DNA of 64,000 bases from Paludibacteraceae bacterium (GTDB taxonomy: Bacteria; Bacteroidota; Bacteroidia; Bacteroidales; Paludibacteraceae). This document shows, one piece after another, positions 62,905-64,000 of the stretch. Each line of letters begins with the position of its first letter. The first letter of the stretch is position 1. The position numbers and the translations under genes are program-made. The notes under the pieces are model-generated. The model did no database searches. It saw only the letters and a list, made by a program, of their open reading frames with translations, and had not been told where the DNA came from. The DNA is taken from NCBI GenBank assembly GCA_045600985.1, contig JAZRYY010000037.1:23031-87030 (forward strand), in the 5' to 3' direction.

Positions 62905-63999
62905 ATGAGTATTTTCAAAGACAAAGTCCTCATGATTACCGGTGGTACCGGTTCATTTGGTAATGCAGTTCTCAACCGTTTCCTGAAGACCGACATTGCA
63001 GAGATCCGCATCTTCTCTCGTGACGAGAAGAAGCAGGACGATATGCGTCACCTCTATCAGGTAACCATGCCCGAGGTAGCCAACAAAATCAAGTTCTACA
63101 TCGGTGATGTTCGCGACCTCCAGTCTTGCCGCAACGCAATGCCTGGTGTTGACTACATCTTCCATGCAGCAGCCCTCAAGCAGGTGCCTTCTTGCGAGTT
63201 CTTCCCTATGGAAGCCGTTCGCACCAATGTCATTGGTACCGACAATGTCCTCACCGCTGCTATCGAGGCCAAGGTGGGCGCTGTTATCTGCCTTTCAACC
63301 GATAAGGCTGCCTATCCTATCAACGCCATGGGTATCACCAAGGCTATCGAGGAGAAGATTGCAGTAGCAAAGAGTCGTTACTCAGGTGATACCAAGATCT
63401 GTTGCACCCGTTATGGCAACGTGATGTGCTCTCGTGGCTCCGTTATCCCTCTGTGGATTGACCAGATTCGCAACGGTAATCCTATCACCATCACCGAACC
63501 AAAGATGACACGCTTCATCATGTCGCTTGAAGAAGCCGTTGACCTCGTTCTCTTCGCTTTCGAGCATGGTCAGAATGGTGATATCCTCGTCCAGAAAGCT
63601 CCTGCCTGCACCATCCAAACTCAGGCAGAGGCTGTAATCGATCTCTTCAAGCATCAGTTCGCACAGAACTTGAATCCTGAAACTCTGAAACCTGAAACCT
63701 CAGAACCCGAAATTCGTGTCATTGGCATCCGTCACGGTGAGAAGCTCTACGAGACCCTCCTCACCAACGAAGAGTGTGCCAAAGCCGAGGATATGGGCAA
63801 CTTCTATCGCGTTCCTGCTGACAACCGTGGCTTGAACTACGATAAGTACTTCAAGGAAGGTGACGAAAAGCGTAACACCCTCACCGAGTTCAACTCCGAC
63901 AATACCACCCGTCTCAACCTCGAAGAGACCAAGTCCAAGATTGCCGCACTCGAGTATATCCAGAATGAGCTCAAAGGTATCGAAAATATAGCTAAGTAA
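62905..63999 (+). CDS. fnlA: FnlA/CapE/WbjB-like UDP-GlcNAc 4,6-dehydratase/5-epimerase
   Basis: KVLMITGGTGSFGNAVLNRFL, IRIFSRDEKKQDDMR, YIGDVRD, HAAALKQVPSCEF. 364 aa including a repeat-derived insert. Confidence 0.8.
   Translation: MSIFKDKVLMITGGTGSFGNAVLNRFLKTDIAEIRIFSRDEKKQDDMRHLYQVTMPEVANKIKFYIGDVRDLQSCRNAMPGVDYIFHAAALKQVPSCEFFPMEAVRTNVIGTDNVLTAAIEAKVGAVICLSTDKAAYPINAMGITKAIEEKIAVAKSRYSGDTKICCTRYGNVMCSRGSVIPLWIDQIRNGNPITITEPKMTRFIMSLEEAVDLVLFAFEHGQNGDILVQKAPACTIQTQAEAVIDLFKHQFAQNLNPETLKPETSEPEIRVIGIRHGEKLYETLLTNEECAKAEDMGNFYRVPADNRGLNYDKYFKEGDEKRNTLTEFNSDNTTRLNLEETKSKIAALEYIQNELKGIENIAK
63664..63712 (+). repeat. CTGAAAC-family stutter repeat in frame in the fnlA-like gene (peptide QNLNPETLKPETSEPEI)
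   Basis: Reads cagaacttgaatcctgaaactctgaaacctgaaacctcagaacccgaaatt, in codon phase 1. Positions 63676-63692 are identical to the reverse complement of 28779-28795. Confidence 0.85.
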
Positions 64000-64000
64000 T

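Overview
This 64-kb chromosomal window looks like a Bacteroidota, probably Prevotellaceae-like, genome. The basis is repeated TTTG / TAnnTTTG promoters, a UpxY antiterminator, lipoprotein signals, and a shared C-terminal sorting tail on many secreted proteins; organism identity is an inference. The window has three parts. (1) 0.1-20.6 kb is a run of secreted or surface proteins: a PKD lipoprotein, a GHL10-like hydrolase, a 1469-aa repeat protein plus a shorter paralog, two phosphodiester-glycosidase paralogs, an Amidase_3 protein, an SGNH esterase and an S8 peptidase. (2) 20.7-52.3 kb is housekeeping: rlmD, cdd, an LptF/G permease, a TrmH-type methyltransferase, a BamA-like OMP, rnhB, sppA, lpxK, a PAP2 phosphatase, an N-domain-less clpB, a CotH protein, aspS, murC-ftsQ-ftsA-ftsZ, glyQS and tRNA-Asp. 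(3) 52.8-64 kb is a capsule locus with upxY at one end and fnlB-like, a four-helix-bundle gene and fnlA-like at the other. A mosaic interrupts it: a high-GC lipoprotein/fimbrial-like block, then a low-GC four-gene operon at 55.9-59.9 kb. That operon encodes a ParB/Srx-HTH-ABC-ATPase fusion followed 1 nt later by a Toprim-like protein, and it is my best candidate for an undescribed (PARIS/OLD-like) anti-phage system. A second theme is a dispersed family of short tandem 'stutter' repeats, often with ~11-bp units. They occur in intergenic DNA, inside a terminator hairpin, and in frame inside at least five protein genes, giving the same peptides (RDLSETS, PETLKP) in unrelated proteins. No search or alignment tool was available, so all family names rest on motifs read by eye.
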